Below are positions 62,407 through 64,000 of a DNA stretch of 64,000 nucleotides, in pieces; the stretch's first letter is position 1, and every line of letters starts with the position of its first letter. Under the pieces are notes generated by a model that had not been told where the DNA came from, ran no database searches, and was given only the letters and a program-made list of their open reading frames with translations. The position numbers and the translations under genes are program-made. The DNA is from an uncultured Clostridiaceae bacterium (GTDB lineage Bacteria > Bacillota_I > Bacilli_A > RFN20 > CAG-288), in NCBI GenBank assembly GCA_964427595.1, contig CAYRUQ010000004.1, positions 4,314-68,313 on the forward strand, in the 5' to 3' direction.

Positions 62407-63171
62407 TCAAAGGTCGATATCCAGTAACACTGGGCAGTGATCAGACCCGAATACATCATTCAATATCTCTGCTTTTTTAACTTTATCAAGCAGATTCTCA
62501 CTGACTAAATAATAGTCGATTCTCCAACCGGCGTTTCTCTCTCTTGCCTTGAAGAAATAAGACCAATAAGAGTACTTCACTTCCTTAGGATGAAGCTCCC
62601 TGAAAGTATCTTTTAAACCACAATCAAGAAGCATTGAGAAAGCTTCTCTCTCTTCATCGGTAAAGCCGGCTGAATGGTGATTAGAAGATGGATTTTTAAG
62701 ATCAATTTCATTATGAGCGACATTTAAATCACCAGTGACGATCAGTGGTTTATTCTTTTGAAGATCAATCACATACTCTCTTAACTTTTTTTCAAACTCC
62801 ATTCGATAAGAGAGTCTTTTTAATTCTTCACCAGAGTTAGGAACATATAAAGTGAGAAGATAGAAATCTTCAAATTCCAGTGTTATCGCTCTACCTTCAT
62901 CATCATATAAACCATCGTGAAGTCCATATCTGACGGAGAGAGGTTTTAAAGAAGTGAGACAAGCTGTACCAGCATAGCCTTTTTTAGTTTTTGAAACTGT
63001 CCAATAAGGAGTGTGATTCTCTAAACTCAAAGGGAAGTTCTCATGACTGGTTTCAGTTAGTTTGAGCTCTTGGATAGAGAGGATATCAGGTTTATAAACG
63101 AGAAGTTGGTCAAGCAGTCCTTTCTTCAAATAAGCGTTTATAGAATTGACATTGAAAGAGACTAATCTCAT
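62407..63171 (-). CDS. xth: Exodeoxyribonuclease III
   Basis: SFNVNS, QELK, GDLNVAH, SDHCPV. Confidence 0.9.
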   Translation of the reverse strand: MRLVSFNVNSINAYLKKGLLDQLLVYKPDILSIQELKLTETSHENFPLSLENHTPYWTVSKTKKGYAGTACLTSLKPLSVRYGLHDGLYDDEGRAITLEFEDFYLLTLYVPNSGEELKRLSYRMEFEKKLREYVIDLQKNKPLIVTGDLNVAHNEIDLKNPSSNHHSAGFTDEEREAFSMLLDCGLKDTFRELHPKEVKYSYWSYFFKARERNAGWRIDYYLVSENLLDKVKKAEILNDVFGSDHCPVLLDIDL

Positions 63172-64000
63172 TCTTCACCTCCATCATCATTTTTCAGTAA
63201 AGATGAATACATCTCCGGTCTTCTATCTCTAAAGACACCCCAAGAGACTCTCTTTTTAGCGATTTCATCTAAATCAAATTGATAGGTCAGTATCTCTTCT
63301 TTATCTCTGGAAGCCTGTTTTAAGACATTTCCGCATTCATCTAGAATCAAGGAACTGCCGTAGAAAGTCATATTAGACTCTTTATCTGTTTCCTCACTGA
63401 TACGATTAGAAGCGACTACAGGCATGATATTACTAGCCGCATGTCCTCTCATCGCATTTAACCAGTGAGAAGAAGAATCAACAGGAAGGACAGGTTCACT
63501 TCCGATAGCAGTCGGGAAGAGCAGATAATCAGCACCTTTCAAAGCGAGACTTCTTGCTGTCTCAGGAAACCATTGATCCCAACAGATAGCAGCACCGACT
63601 TTTCCATATTTAGTCTTGAAGACTTTAAAACCGGTATCACCAGGAGTGAAGTAAAACTTCTCTTCATAACACTGTCCGGTAGGGATATGAGTTTTTCTAT
63701 ATAGTCCGACTCTTCTTCCATCAGCATCGATGACACAAAGAGAATTAAAATAACAATTACCTGCTTTTTCAAAGAAAGAAATAGGAAGAACAACTTTTAA
63801 TTCTTTAGCAAGTTTGGAGAAGTGATCAAGCGTCTTAGAATCCTTATATTCCTCAGCGAAAGAAAAGCGTTCATAATCTTCAATCTGACAGAAATACTTT
63901 CTTTCAAAAAGCTCTTGGAGAAGGATGACATCACCGCCTTGTTTCTTAGCTTCTCTGACTAGATGGTCAGCTCTTTTGATGTTCTCATCATAGTTATCAG
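63168..64000 (-). CDS. aguB: N-carbamoylputrescine amidase-like carbon-nitrogen hydrolase (5' end beyond the window)
   Basis: Manual translation of the same frame upstream of the 124-aa ORF is uninterrupted to position 64000: ...LLQELFERKYFCQ..LPISFFEKAGN..LYRKTHIP..GAAICWDQWFPE..LKGADYLLFPTAIGSEP (E-K-C triad contexts). Confidence 0.8.
   Translation of the reverse strand, partial: DNYDENIKRADHLVREAKKQGGDVILLQELFERKYFCQIEDYERFSFAEEYKDSKTLDHFSKLAKELKVVLPISFFEKAGNCYFNSLCVIDADGRRVGLYRKTHIPTGQCYEEKFYFTPGDTGFKVFKTKYGKVGAAICWDQWFPETARSLALKGADYLLFPTAIGSEPVLPVDSSSHWLNAMRGHAASNIMPVVASNRISEETDKESNMTFYGSSLILDECGNVLKQASRDKEEILTYQFDLDEIAKKRVSWGVFRDRRPEMYSSLLKNDDGGEE

Noticed and set aside
63168-63793. 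The ORF track shows a 124-aa CN-hydrolase fragment plus an out-of-frame 84-aa ORF, which suggests a frameshifted pseudogene.
   Set aside because: Codon-by-codon translation of the 124-aa frame upstream of its TTG is uninterrupted to position 64000. It reads as the N-terminal half of N-carbamoylputrescine amidase. The gene simply runs off the window; the 84-aa ORF is antisense-frame noise.
1-64000. Mycoplasma genetic code (TGA = Trp), CRISPR arrays, IS elements or transposases, integrases, prophage, rRNA.
   Set aside because: TGA terminates well-supported genes (deoD at 2885-2887, lepA at 22432-22434) and Trp is TGG. No array-like spaced repeats, transposase or integrase motifs, phage structural genes or rRNA-like sequence were seen.

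Overview
AT-rich chromosome segment (mid-30s %GC by eye, not computed) using the standard code: TGA ends lepA and deoD, and Trp is TGG. It looks like an anaerobic low-GC Firmicutes/Mollicutes-lineage bacterium, possibly Erysipelotrichia- or Acholeplasma-like. Supporting traits are a long Mycoplasma-style PotA, CIRCE-controlled clpB, archaeal-type ProRS, rubredoxin and a PlsA/PlsR-like gene pair. I call about 60 protein genes, 3 tRNAs (Phe-GAA, Asn-GUU, Glu-UUC), several intrinsic terminators and a few regulatory RNA/DNA elements. Most of the window is housekeeping: clpB, tyrS, lepA-hemW, rarA, dtd, mnmA, rpsU, tkt, trmL, proS, rpsT, holA, ppiB, gpmA, pit, deoC, rnj, xth, aguB. The stretch from about 28 to 39 kb, downstream of tRNA-Phe, looks accessory. 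It holds an AAA/DUF4143 ATPase, orphan alsD, rubredoxin, queT, a LytTR two-component system, a permuted GH3 glycosidase and an esterase. The strongest signals not explained by the ORF track are: (1) a promoter-to-terminator ~170-nt structured RNA of unrecognised class between trmL and tkt; (2) two perfect 14-bp direct repeats with 21-bp phasing (LytTR-box geometry) between the LytTR system and the GH3 operon; (3) a preQ1-I-like pseudoknot leader in front of queT; (4) an rpsU gene with a TTG start that the ORF track misses; (5) five genes whose -10 box sits 6-10 nt from the start codon with no SD (candidate leaderless mRNAs); (6) a tightly coupled four-gene module of unknown function (sigma-region-4-like protein, two paralogous-looking membrane proteins, small secreted protein); (7) three 17-nt direct repeats right after tRNA-Phe. 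No CRISPR array, IS element, integrase or prophage was seen. All calls come from reading the sequence and motifs by eye; no database search or statistic was run.
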